Shown here: piece by piece, positions 21,080-29,818 of the stretch | Layout of the letters: each line of letters begins with the position of its first letter | Numbering within the stretch: position 1 is the stretch's first letter | NCBI GenBank assembly: GCA_016182045.1 | Contig: JACOYE010000011.1 | Location: forward strand, 39-64,038 | Reading direction: 5' to 3' | DNA: 64,000 bases | Source: Candidatus Microgenomates bacterium | GTDB lineage: Bacteria; Patescibacteriota; Microgenomatia; Daviesbacterales; UBA10151 | Position numbers and translations under genes: made by a program | The notes under the pieces: generated by a model | Seen by the model: only the letters and a program-made list of their open reading frames with translations | Databases searched by the model: none | What the model was told of the DNA's origin: nothing

Positions 21080-22132
21080 TCATTTTCCGAATAATCTTAA
21101 CAGAAAAACCTTTAGTGGAGTCAATTTGTCTATGGCAGTAAAAGCCAAATATAGTGGCCAATTAAAAACCAAATCATATGTTCCGATATATTCCACAAGT
21201 TCCCCACCATATCCCTGTTTAAACTTATGAAATCCATACCAGGGATCAGATTCTTTGGCATCGGGCCCTAATGCTCCCCACACGTCAAATTTCTTAAGGC
21301 CTAATTTTTTACCAAGTTTGATTGCTTGCCAAGCCACTAAATTTGAAGCCATCACATTTTTATATTCTAAAGATGAGCCGCCATAAGGATAATAAAGAGT
21401 ATCTTTGAAATTTAAAAGCATCCAGGCAGTGATCGGATGTCGGATGTCAGAGTTCGGAAGTCGGTAGAAAGCAATCAACAGCCTCGCCATGTTAACCTTC
21501 TTTAATGTTTCCCAGACCTTTTGATGATACTCTTTATTATGTCCATGATAACCTTGGCGTTTGGTGGTTTCAAAATAAAGTTTTAGATAAATTTCAAAAG
21601 CCTCATCATCTGTTCTTTCTTGAATTTCCACCCCATTTCTTTGGGCAATTTTAATGTTATATCTGGTTTTTGGGTGCATATTTTTTAAAAGTTCTTCTTC
21701 GGATTTGGTTAGATCAATTATGAAATTATATTTGGTGAATAAAGGCTTGGGAGAGGGTAAAAGATCTCTGGCCATTTTTTTTAATTGGATCCCTGCTCGC
21801 TTCGCGAAGCGAGCCTTCGCAGGGACGACGTCTGGTTCTACTTTTATGAAAGCACAATTATATTCTTTGCCAAGTTTTTTCAAAGCCTCTGCTAAATCCT
21901 TATTTGGAAAAGGACCTTTTGGTAAATAGCCAACATACTGACTGGTGAAAGGAATCTTGTGCAGAGTTAGTTGGAAGGCTTTTTGTAGTTTTCCATTTTT
22001 GTAAAGACCATAGCGCAAAAGTGGAATCCCCAAGGATTTTCGAAACTTCCCCCATTCCCAGGATTGAATGACATGGGTAACTAATTTGTCATATTGAGAT
22101 CTTTGTTTATCTGTAATTGGTCGAAGGTCCAC
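21080..22132 (-). CDS. FemABX family peptidoglycan bridge aminoacyltransferase
   Basis: QSWEWG, YLPKGP, IDLTKSEEEL, KTRYNI, YPYGGS, FKQGYGG. Confidence 0.92.
   Translation of the reverse strand: MDLRPITDKQRSQYDKLVTHVIQSWEWGKFRKSLGIPLLRYGLYKNGKLQKAFQLTLHKIPFTSQYVGYLPKGPFPNKDLAEALKKLGKEYNCAFIKVEPDVVPAKARFAKRAGIQLKKMARDLLPSPKPLFTKYNFIIDLTKSEEELLKNMHPKTRYNIKIAQRNGVEIQERTDDEAFEIYLKLYFETTKRQGYHGHNKEYHQKVWETLKKVNMARLLIAFYRLPNSDIRHPITAWMLLNFKDTLYYPYGGSSLEYKNVMASNLVAWQAIKLGKKLGLKKFDVWGALGPDAKESDPWYGFHKFKQGYGGELVEYIGTYDLVFNWPLYLAFTAIDKLTPLKVFLLRLFGK
21433..21467. repeat. Degenerate heptamer array in femABX
   Basis: TCGGATG TCGGATG TCAGAGT TCGGAAG TCGGTAG. Confidence 0.85.
21786..21829. repeat. Family A element with nested 20-bp palindrome in femABX
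   Basis: TGGATCCCT-GCTCGCTTCGCGAAGCGAGC-CTTCGCAGGGACGAC. Confidence 0.9.
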
Positions 22133-22144
22133 CCGACCATTGTA

Positions 22145-22801
22145 TCAGAAGATTTGGATTTTGGCTTTTTGTCTAAGTTCTTGGAATTTTTGATTGAAGA
22201 TTTGAGAAAGCTTTTGTTGTTTTAATATATTTTCAACTTCCTTTATTTGGCCGGCAGAATCAGTAGCTTGGAGTTGATCTTTATTATTTGATAAGAATTG
22301 TTCAACTTCTTGGGCAGAGATAGTTGCCTCGTTAAGATAAAGTTTTTCTATGGAGAGTTGAACTTTAATTTGTGATCTTATGGAATCACGGTTTTGTCCT
22401 TGTTGGGAAAGTAAACTATCAAATACTTGAGTGCCACCCACACTTTTTTCTAATTCGGAGATTTTATTGTTAATCTCAGCTTCAGTTGGAGTTGCATTAT
22501 TTTTGGCTGCCTCATCCAAAATTATTTTTTCATTGATCATCTGGTTTAAAGTTTGGGTTCTAAATTGCTGATTAAGTTTCATTTGTAATTCTAAGTTGGT
22601 AATAGGAGAGCCATTAACCAAAGCAGCAATAAACCAATCTTTTTTAAGCATTGCCAGAAGCAATACCCCCACAATTAAAAGAATGACATAAAATTTTTTT
22701 GAGGATTTAAAATTTTGTAAATTAGGTATTTTATCCAGAACATTGTTTATTAAAGGAAACGGTTTTTCTTTTAAATTTTTCGACGTGGACTTTTTGACCA
22801 T
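22145..22801 (-). CDS. SurA/PrsA N-terminal domain protein
   Basis: AALVNGSPIT, LNQMINEKII, LRQKAKI; TM anchor. Confidence 0.8.
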   Translation of the reverse strand: MVKKSTSKNLKEKPFPLINNVLDKIPNLQNFKSSKKFYVILLIVGVLLLAMLKKDWFIAALVNGSPITNLELQMKLNQQFRTQTLNQMINEKIILDEAAKNNATPTEAEINNKISELEKSVGGTQVFDSLLSQQGQNRDSIRSQIKVQLSIEKLYLNEATISAQEVEQFLSNNKDQLQATDSAGQIKEVENILKQQKLSQIFNQKFQELRQKAKIQIF

Positions 22802-22858
22802 TTCTGGATAGTAACAGAAGCCGTTGTCTTTTGGCAAGACCTAAATTATGATTAATGT

Positions 22859-23728
22859 ATGCAAAAGGGATCTGCCTTAATACCCTTTCTTTTGGTTAGT
22901 TTGTTAGCAATTGTTGGTGGTATTTATTTTTACTTTAATCAATTGGGCAAAACTCCAACATTAACACCCACACCAGGTTTATCTTCAAAACAGCCATCTC
23001 AAAAGAACGAGCTAAAAACCTATACAAATGAGTATTTAGGTTTTGAATTTAACTATGATGATAAAAAATTAACTGTTAAAGAAGATTCCGAGCAGGAATT
23101 TAATAAAAGAGGAAATGGTGATTTTAGGACAAACTTTACAAGTTATGTAACTTATCCTCCCGCAGAGTTTATGGACGGGATAGTAGTTTTGGATGAAACT
23201 TCCTCATATGATAAAAACCCCCTAACAATTTGGGTTTTTAACAATTCTAACAATTTAACAATAGAACAATTTTACGCAAATTACTGGTATTACCCATTTG
23301 TCTGGGGAGATTATACCGCAAGACGCAATAGTGTGGCACCGGTAAATGATGCCACAATTTCCGGACAATTGGCACTATATGGAATAGTGACTTACCAACC
23401 AGGTTCTCCCAAATTTGTTTACCTGATCTCTGGGGGGGAAATGTATCTTTTTAGAATAATCGGAGAGGAAGGAGAAAAAATCTTACAAAGTTTTAAATTA
23501 TTGGAAGAAAAGGTAGGTTGTTTTGTGGCAGGATGCTCCGGTCAACTTTGTGTGGAGGAGGCTGAAAAAGACATTATTACTACTTGTGAGTTTAGGGAAG
23601 AGTATGCTTGTTATAAAGAAGCTAAATGTGAAAGACAACCAGACGGAAAATGCGGCTGGACAAAGAGTGTAGAACTAATCAGTTGTTTGGAGGAAAAAAG
23701 AAGCAGTTCTCCCGACATTGTATTCTAA
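22859..23728 (+). CDS. Surface protein with C-terminal cysteine-cluster domain
   Basis: QKG + TM pilin-like N-terminus; CxxxGCSGQLC..TTCE..YACY..C..CGW. Confidence 0.75.
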   Translation: MQKGSALIPFLLVSLLAIVGGIYFYFNQLGKTPTLTPTPGLSSKQPSQKNELKTYTNEYLGFEFNYDDKKLTVKEDSEQEFNKRGNGDFRTNFTSYVTYPPAEFMDGIVVLDETSSYDKNPLTIWVFNNSNNLTIEQFYANYWYYPFVWGDYTARRNSVAPVNDATISGQLALYGIVTYQPGSPKFVYLISGGEMYLFRIIGEEGEKILQSFKLLEEKVGCFVAGCSGQLCVEEAEKDIITTCEFREEYACYKEAKCERQPDGKCGWTKSVELISCLEEKRSSSPDIVF

Positions 23729-23806
23729 CCATTTAACCTTTTCATAAAATTTTCCCAAAAAGAAGTCATTAAACATGTGAAAAAACAAACTCATAATTTA
23801 GATTAT

Positions 23807-23832
23807 AGATTCTGAAACAAGTTCAGAATGAC
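23807..23832. repeat. Family A variant, intergenic
   Basis: AGATTCTGAAACAAGTTCAGAATGAC. Confidence 0.75.
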
Positions 23833-23833
23833 A

Positions 23834-24526
23834 TTAGAGAAGGTATATATCTACAAATTTTGCCCTCCAGCCTGCTGTTTTGGCATCGTCAAAGCCTAAG
23901 TCGATGATATTTCCTTTGATGGCTCCGCCTGTATCTCCTGCTATGGCTTGTCCGTATCCTGGGATATAAAGTTTAGATCTTAATGGTATTACTTTTGGAT
24001 CTACTGCAATTACACCTTTTCCAGCTTTTAGTCCTATGGCTGTTGTTTCATTACAACCTGGACAATGGGAATCATAGTGAGTAGCATAAACTCGCATCTT
24101 TTTCCAATAGCTAATTTGTCCATCAGGAGTATCTAAAGTTTTCCAGACGATTTTGGTGCCTCTTAAAATTTTTTTATCTTTTGGCTGAGTTGTCTCAACT
24201 GACACAATCTCCCTATCATATTCTTCACCATAATGGAAAGTAATTTTAATAATCTTTACTTGTTTACCATCCTCTCCTTCGTCAATAACTTTTTCTATCC
24301 CCGCTTCTTCTTCCGGATCATCTTCATAAATTACTTTCTTTAAGATAGTTTCTATTTCTTCTTCTAATTTTTCAGTAAATGAGGACTGGGTAGTAACAGG
24401 TTGGTTAATTGGTAGTGTTTCAGTTGGAGAGGGAGTGGAGTCTCCCAGAATTGTCGGAGATTGCCAAAAATTTTTGGCAAAAAAGGTGAGCCCTATTATT
24501 AGTAAGATCCCTAAGTATCTTTCCAT
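23834..24526 (-). CDS. G5 and 3D domain protein
   Basis: EGEDG..RGTK; ATHY, IAVDPKVIPL, DTGGAIKGNIID. Confidence 0.9.
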   Translation of the reverse strand: MERYLGILLIIGLTFFAKNFWQSPTILGDSTPSPTETLPINQPVTTQSSFTEKLEEEIETILKKVIYEDDPEEEAGIEKVIDEGEDGKQVKIIKITFHYGEEYDREIVSVETTQPKDKKILRGTKIVWKTLDTPDGQISYWKKMRVYATHYDSHCPGCNETTAIGLKAGKGVIAVDPKVIPLRSKLYIPGYGQAIAGDTGGAIKGNIIDLGFDDAKTAGWRAKFVDIYLL

Positions 24527-24557
24527 CCTTCGACTCCCTTCGGTCGCTCAGGACAAG
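24525..24557. repeat. Family A element filling the pcrA/G5-3D gap
   Basis: ATCCTTCGACTCCCTTCGGTCGCTCAGGACAAG. Confidence 0.85.
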
Positions 24558-24560
24558 TGG

Positions 24561-26552
24561 TCATACATTTAACCATTCTTCCTCATCAACTCCAGTATCC
24601 GTATCATCCAAGAATTGATCTGAATCTTTAAAAGTAGCATTTGATGAGATTAAGTGCTCAGGGATATCAGACAAGAAACGGGAAACCAGATTATTAGATC
24701 TTGTGCCAAAATATAATCTTTGTCTGGTATATGTTAAATATAACTTTTCCTTGGCCCGAGTAATCCCCACATAACAAAGCCTTCTTTCTTCCTCCAGTTC
24801 ATTAACATCAAGCATGGATCTAGAATGAGGGAACAATCCCTCCTCCATGCCTACTATAAAAACAACAGGAAACTCTAAACCTTTGGCAGAATGTAGGGTC
24901 ATTAAGGTTACTACATCTTGAGCTTGATTATTGGGGATGTTAGGGCGGCTAGGTAAATAGCCATTTTCCACCAAAGCTACATTTTCTAAAAAGTCTACTA
25001 AATTGGGAAATTCTTCTGCCACAGATCGAAGTTCTTTGACATTTTCCACCCGTCCCTTTCCTTCTTCAGTGCCATCATCTAAATATGTCAAGTAGCCTGT
25101 GACTTGTAGGATTTTATCCAGAAGCTCCATAGTGGTGTAACCACTTTCGTCATTGCGAGGAGACGTAGTCGACGAAGCAATCTCATTAACAAGATTGCCA
25201 CGCGAACTTCGTTCGCTCGCAATGACGTTTTGCAACTCCATTATTTTTGCAAGTCTGCCCTTACCAATTTTTTCTGCCCGCTTTAAGGAAACAGAATCTT
25301 TGGGATTTTGTAAAAGTCTTAAATAGGCAAGAACATCTTTAATTTCTTTTCTTTGATAAAAACTGACTCCACCGACTAATCTGTAAGGGACGCCCGATTT
25401 TAAAAATTGTTCCTCCAAAGACCTTGATTGGGCGTTAGTACGGTAGAGGATAGCAAAATCTGATAGCGGTTTGTTGTCATTGCGAGGAGACGTAGTCGAC
25501 GTGGCAATCTTTATTTTTGAGCCAGATTGCTTCGCTTCGCTCGCAATGACGTTTAAAATGAATAAAGTTTCCGCTACCTCATTTCTTACTTCCACCACTT
25601 CTATTTTTTCTCCTCCATCTTTTTGAGTCCAAAGTTTTAAAATTGGATGAGATTTATTTTTGGAAATAACAGCATGAGCTGCATCCAGGATGTTTTGAGT
25701 AGATCTATAATTTTGTTCAAGATTAAAAATTTTGGCATTGGGATAGTCTTTTTCAAAATTGACTATATTTCTAAAATCAGCTCCTCGGAATGAATATATG
25801 GACTGGCTTGCATCACCTACTACGCAAATGTTTTTATGACGGTTAGCCAAATATTTAGAAATTAAATATTGGGCAGGATTGGTATCCTGATATTCATCGA
25901 TTAAGATATATTTAAATTGGATTTGATATCTGGTTAAAATGGCTGGTTCTGTTTGAAAAAGCTGGATCACTTTTAATAGCAGATCATCAAAATCCAAAGC
26001 ATGATTTTTTTCCAAAATTTTCTGATATTCCAGATAAATTTTGGCCACAAGTTCCTGGAAAAAACCTCTGGCATATTGAGGATATTCTAAAGAAGAAATT
26101 AATTCATTTTTGGCCCCGGAGATGGTGGCCCGAACTGCAGAAGGGGAGGTTTTTTGAGTTGGAATATTTAAATTACCCATGGCTTCTTTGATAGCATCCA
26201 AAGCATCGGATTCATCATAAATAGCAAAGCCGGGAGGAAGCCCTAGCACTTTGCCTTCACGACGCAAGATTTTGGCACAGAAAGAATGGAATGTGCCCAT
26301 CACTGGTTGGGTGGGAAGATCGCCAATTAATTTTTTAATTCGCTCAATCATCTCTCCGCTGGCCTTATTTGTAAAAGTTAATACAAGTATATTTTCAGGT
26401 GGAATTTTCTTCTCAGAAATTAAGTAAGCCACTCTGTAGGTGAGTACTCTGGTTTTTCCAGAACCAGCTCCGGCTAAAATTAAAACTGGGCCTTCAGTTT
26501 GTTTGACAGCTTTTTGTTGAGCGGGATTTAGATCATCTAGGAGAGCAGACAT
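24561..26552 (-). CDS. pcrA: UvrD/PcrA helicase
   Basis: AGAGSGKT, TFTNKA, DEYQD, QNYRS, LYRTNAQSR, HSAKGLEF, YVGITRA; start at ATG 26552. Confidence 0.97.
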   Translation of the reverse strand: MSALLDDLNPAQQKAVKQTEGPVLILAGAGSGKTRVLTYRVAYLISEKKIPPENILVLTFTNKASGEMIERIKKLIGDLPTQPVMGTFHSFCAKILRREGKVLGLPPGFAIYDESDALDAIKEAMGNLNIPTQKTSPSAVRATISGAKNELISSLEYPQYARGFFQELVAKIYLEYQKILEKNHALDFDDLLLKVIQLFQTEPAILTRYQIQFKYILIDEYQDTNPAQYLISKYLANRHKNICVVGDASQSIYSFRGADFRNIVNFEKDYPNAKIFNLEQNYRSTQNILDAAHAVISKNKSHPILKLWTQKDGGEKIEVVEVRNEVAETLFILNVIASEAKQSGSKIKIATSTTSPRNDNKPLSDFAILYRTNAQSRSLEEQFLKSGVPYRLVGGVSFYQRKEIKDVLAYLRLLQNPKDSVSLKRAEKIGKGRLAKIMELQNVIASERSSRGNLVNEIASSTTSPRNDESGYTTMELLDKILQVTGYLTYLDDGTEEGKGRVENVKELRSVAEEFPNLVDFLENVALVENGYLPSRPNIPNNQAQDVVTLMTLHSAKGLEFPVVFIVGMEEGLFPHSRSMLDVNELEEERRLCYVGITRAKEKLYLTYTRQRLYFGTRSNNLVSRFLSDIPEHLISSNATFKDSDQFLDDTDTGVDEEEWLNV
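25149..25226. repeat. Two-armed family A (RPE/REPIN-like) element, 78 nt, in pcrA
   Basis: GTCATTGCGAG...GCAATCT / AGATTGC...CTCGCAATGAC. Confidence 0.95.
25476..25550. repeat. Second two-armed family A element, 75 nt, in pcrA
   Basis: same termini; shares GTCATTGCGAGGAGACGTAGTCGACG with the first copy. Confidence 0.95.
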
Positions 26553-26588
26553 GAAGCATATATTAACATTTGCCAGCAAAGTTGACAA

Positions 26589-26619
26589 AGTTTGTAAGAT
26601 TTCAGTTAAAATTTAGGTA
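26589..26619 (+). repeat. 31-bp direct repeat, copy 1
   Basis: AGTTTGTAAGATTTCAGTTAAAATTTAGGTA, identical at 27602-27632. Confidence 0.95.
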
Positions 26620-26917
26620 AATTTTCAATGTTTGGAGGCTAAAGTATTGAAAAATATGTTAAAATATCATTGAAATCTTATGCCAGAAAGGATAAGGATC
26701 GTATTTCTACCTTCAGGACTACTCCGATAGAGGTAAATTACGAGCTATCAACACGGAAACAGAAGCACCAAAGCAGCCGCCGATAGAACGTTTAAAACGA
26801 CTCTTAGTAGGGTGGGCAAGGCGTGGTCGCACAGGGACAGAAGCAAATCCAGAACAACAGATATTAACTCCTGTCCGTCTTAAAGACTATCTTCTACAAG
26901 CAGCAAAAAGCCCATCG

Positions 26918-27556
26918 TTGGCAGTTAATCCCATGCCTAAAGTTTTTGACCTTGGGGAATTTGGAAGAGAAGCAGAAAGATTATTGCACCTATCCCTGAG
27001 AGATCCTAAACACCCGGAGTATGCCTCAATAGCTTGCATTAACGATAAAGGTCGGCTCGTCATCTTAAAGGAACCCATCCGAGGTGATGAGAGGAGCGTT
27101 CCGGTTCCCGCCCCCAAGGATAAACGCAGGGTCCTTTTGCTACATACCCACGGTGACACTGATACTCCTTTCTCCGCAAGTGATTTAGAGGGCTTATTTG
27201 TGCCCTCAGCCGAGAATGGGGTTCCAGCCGTGCTTCTCGCCACTCCGAGTCTGAAAATGCTGATTCTTCGCACCAAAGATACTCCCTATCTCACGCCGCT
27301 TCAAATTGAAGATAGGACTGTGATGATGTGGCTCCACCCAGCTACGGAAGAGGAGAGAAAACTATTCGAAGCTGGTTATCAGGCAGCGGGCGGTGAAGAA
27401 GCCGATAGGCCACCAGAGCTTACTCCAGAGTATAAGCAAGCCCTTCGTCAGCTCAGCAGCAAGCGAATGTTCGTGCTCACCCGCGCTGCCCATGAGTATA
27501 ATCTCAAAGGCTACTCTTGCCCATCTAACCAGAATATTGTGTCACTTCTCAGCTAA
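26918..27556 (+). CDS. JAB/JAMM-motif protein (frame open from 26696; 5' end possibly frameshifted)
   Basis: E...HTH-x7-S-x2-D (HTHGDTDTPFSASD); more GC-rich than flanks. Confidence 0.65.
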   Translation: MAVNPMPKVFDLGEFGREAERLLHLSLRDPKHPEYASIACINDKGRLVILKEPIRGDERSVPVPAPKDKRRVLLLHTHGDTDTPFSASDLEGLFVPSAENGVPAVLLATPSLKMLILRTKDTPYLTPLQIEDRTVMMWLHPATEEERKLFEAGYQAAGGEEADRPPELTPEYKQALRQLSSKRMFVLTRAAHEYNLKGYSCPSNQNIVSLLS

Positions 27557-27601
27557 CCCGCATCTTTAGTGGCGAGCCAGAAAATGGTGGGGTCACTTCC
27601 C

Positions 27602-27653
27602 AGTTTGTAAGATTTCAGTTAAAATTTAGGTAGTTTTCCCCTAGACAATTTTT
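27602..27653 (+). repeat. Junction of 31-bp repeat copy 2 and 20-bp repeat copy 1
   Basis: 27602-27632 = 26589-26619; 27634-27653 = 28540-28559. Confidence 0.95.
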
Positions 27654-27679
27654 GGCTTTGGAAATGGTATAATTAAGGT

Positions 27680-27943
27680 ATGTATAACTGGTCTGTTGAT
27701 GAAAAAAGGTTTAAAAAGGAAAACCCTAAAGAGTATAGACTGTGGAGGTTGGTGCAGCTGATAAACTATGGACTGGATGGAGAAAAACTGGATAGGGAGG
27801 AGGTCAAAAAAGCCTGGCCGAAGATTAAAGATCAGCTTGATCCATATAAGGCTAGGGCAATAGAATATTTATTATGGGGAAAGCTATACTCACTCCCGAA
27901 CAACTTAACTTTCTGGAATTTATCCAAAAAGAACAACAAATAA
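27680..27943 (+). CDS. Small partner (putative antitoxin) of the AbiEii-like toxin
   Basis: 87 aa, overlaps the downstream nucleotidyltransferase; TGGTATAAT just upstream. Confidence 0.7.
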   Translation: MYNWSVDEKRFKKENPKEYRLWRLVQLINYGLDGEKLDREEVKKAWPKIKDQLDPYKARAIEYLLWGKLYSLPNNLTFWNLSKKNNK

Positions 27944-28539
27944 CCAAACGCTTTTATTGGACCGGCGGAACAGTTCTTTCTGAATTCTACCTGCAACACA
28001 GACTTTCGGAAGATATAGATTTATTCAATGAATTTGAGGAGGTAAATCAGAGTTTAATAGATGCTTTCTTAAAAAAGATTTCACCTTCACTTCAAGTAAC
28101 AGAGATTAAGAAAAGTCAGTTTTTAGGTTTAGTGAGTTATATCTTGGTTTTTAAAAATAGTCAGAAACTAAAAATAGATTTTAATTATTATCCATTTCCT
28201 AGAATTGAAAAAGGCAAGAAATATAAAAATTTAGAGATAGACAGTATTTATGATATTGCTGTAAATAAAGTGCATACTATGTTTATGCGGACAAAAGCCA
28301 GGGATTTTGTTGACATTTATTTCATCATGAAAACAATTGATTATCATTTAGATCAGCTCATCAGGGACGCGAAGGTTAAGTTTGACTGGCATATTGATAA
28401 AGTTACTTTGGCCAGTCAATTTATGAAAGTCAAAGAAATTAAAGATTTACCTAAAATGTTGTTACCATTTAATCAAAAAGATATGGAAAAATTTTATCTA
28501 AAGCTGGCTAAATCTTTAGAAGAAGAGATCTTAAAATAA
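27874..28539 (+). CDS. AbiEii/AbiGii family nucleotidyltransferase
   Basis: TGGTVL, HRLSEDIDLF, KIDF, RDFVDIY. Confidence 0.88.
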   Translation: MGKAILTPEQLNFLEFIQKEQQITKRFYWTGGTVLSEFYLQHRLSEDIDLFNEFEEVNQSLIDAFLKKISPSLQVTEIKKSQFLGLVSYILVFKNSQKLKIDFNYYPFPRIEKGKKYKNLEIDSIYDIAVNKVHTMFMRTKARDFVDIYFIMKTIDYHLDQLIRDAKVKFDWHIDKVTLASQFMKVKEIKDLPKMLLPFNQKDMEKFYLKLAKSLEEEILK

Positions 28540-28576
28540 TTTTCCCCTAGACAATTTTTTAAACTATTGTTATTAT
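28540..28576 (+). promoter_or_regulatory. trxA promoter containing 20-bp repeat copy 2
   Basis: TAGACA 28548-28553, 17-bp spacer, TATTAT 28571-28576 preceded by TG. Confidence 0.65.
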
Positions 28577-28585
28577 CTAAATCTT

Positions 28586-28846
28586 ATGGCAGTTAAACTT
28601 TTGGATTTTTGGGCTCCTTGGTGTGGACCCTGCCATGTTATGACTCCTGTTTTGGAAGAGATTAAAAAAGAAATGGGAGATAAGGTGGAAATTGAGGAAA
28701 TTAATGTAGATGAAAAACCTGAGGAAGCTTCTAAATTTGGAGTCATGAGTATTCCTACCTATATTATATTAAGGGATAATAAAGAGGTTGGAAGGAAAAT
28801 TGGGGTTACCCCAAAAGCAGAGCTAATAAAACTTCTACAAAGTTGA
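28586..28846 (+). CDS. trxA: Thioredoxin
   Basis: DFWAPWCGPC, VMSIPT. Confidence 0.95.
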   Translation: MAVKLLDFWAPWCGPCHVMTPVLEEIKKEMGDKVEIEEINVDEKPEEASKFGVMSIPTYIILRDNKEVGRKIGVTPKAELIKLLQS

Positions 28847-29142
28847 ATTTCAAGGAGAAAGTCATCAATATTGTTAAGAAAATACCATATGGTCGAGTAA
28901 CCACCTACGGTACCGTGGCAATTTTGGCTGGTGTCCCTCGTGGGGCAAGATTGGTGGGTGGGGTTTTACACTTTAATATTGAGGCTGCACCATGGCATAG
29001 AGTTATTAACCGACATGGATTTATTTCTACCAAATGTTTGGAGCATCCTAAAGCTTTACAAAAGATACTTTTGGAACAGGAGGGAATTGAGGTAACTGAC
29101 GATTTCATGATAGACTTACAAAAGTATGGATGGTGGGGATAA
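28843..29142 (+). CDS. MGMT-family alkyltransferase-like (ATL) protein
   Basis: IPYGRVTTYG, PWHRV (Trp replaces the catalytic Cys). Confidence 0.9.
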   Translation: MNFKEKVINIVKKIPYGRVTTYGTVAILAGVPRGARLVGGVLHFNIEAAPWHRVINRHGFISTKCLEHPKALQKILLEQEGIEVTDDFMIDLQKYGWWG

Positions 29143-29818
29143 AAACATCTGGCTTATTGCTAACTGGAAATCTAATAAAACCATAGCTGAGGCTTTAGAC
29201 TGGGTTTCTAAAGTTGGACCAAAAGTCCCCAAAAGAGATGATCTAAAAGTGGTGGTTTGTCCAACTTTCAGTTGTCTTTCTGAAGTTAAAAAGGCGGTTC
29301 AAGTGGGTAACTTCCCCATCATGGTTGGATCACAGGATCTGTCTCCGTTTGAGGTGGGTGCATACACTGGTGAGGAAGCGGCATCTTTATTGAAAGGTCT
29401 TGTGTTAATATCCATCCTAGGTCATTCTGAAAGAAGACAAAATTTTTCTGAGAGTGATGAGATGGTCGCTAAAAAGGTTGAACAGGCGCTCCAAAATGGG
29501 ATCATTCCTTTAGTTTGTGTCCAGGGTCCTGATACCCCTGTACCGGATGGTTGTAAGTTAGTAGCTTATGAACCTGTCTTTGCCATAGGTACAGGGAATC
29601 CTGATATTCCAGAAAATGCCAATAATGTAGCAAAAGTTTTGAAAGAAAAACACGGTCCGCCAGCTGGCGGATTGGAAGTTTTATATGGAGGAAGTGTCAC
29701 TTCTGAAAATATTAAAAATTTTATAAATATGCCCAACCTTTGTGGTTCTTTAATAGGTAATGCCTCATTAGATGCTGAGGAGTTTATCAAGATAGTTGGG
29801 GAGTGTTCAAAACTGTGA
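29126..29818 (+). CDS. tpiA: Triosephosphate isomerase
   Basis: ANWKS, GAYTGE, GHSERR, AYEPVFAIGTG, YGGSV. Confidence 0.95.
   Translation: MDGGDKNIWLIANWKSNKTIAEALDWVSKVGPKVPKRDDLKVVVCPTFSCLSEVKKAVQVGNFPIMVGSQDLSPFEVGAYTGEEAASLLKGLVLISILGHSERRQNFSESDEMVAKKVEQALQNGIIPLVCVQGPDTPVPDGCKLVAYEPVFAIGTGNPDIPENANNVAKVLKEKHGPPAGGLEVLYGGSVTSENIKNFINMPNLCGSLIGNASLDAEEFIKIVGECSKL
29656..29671. repeat. Family D palindrome in tpiA
   Basis: TCCGCCAGCTGGCGGA. Confidence 0.85.
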
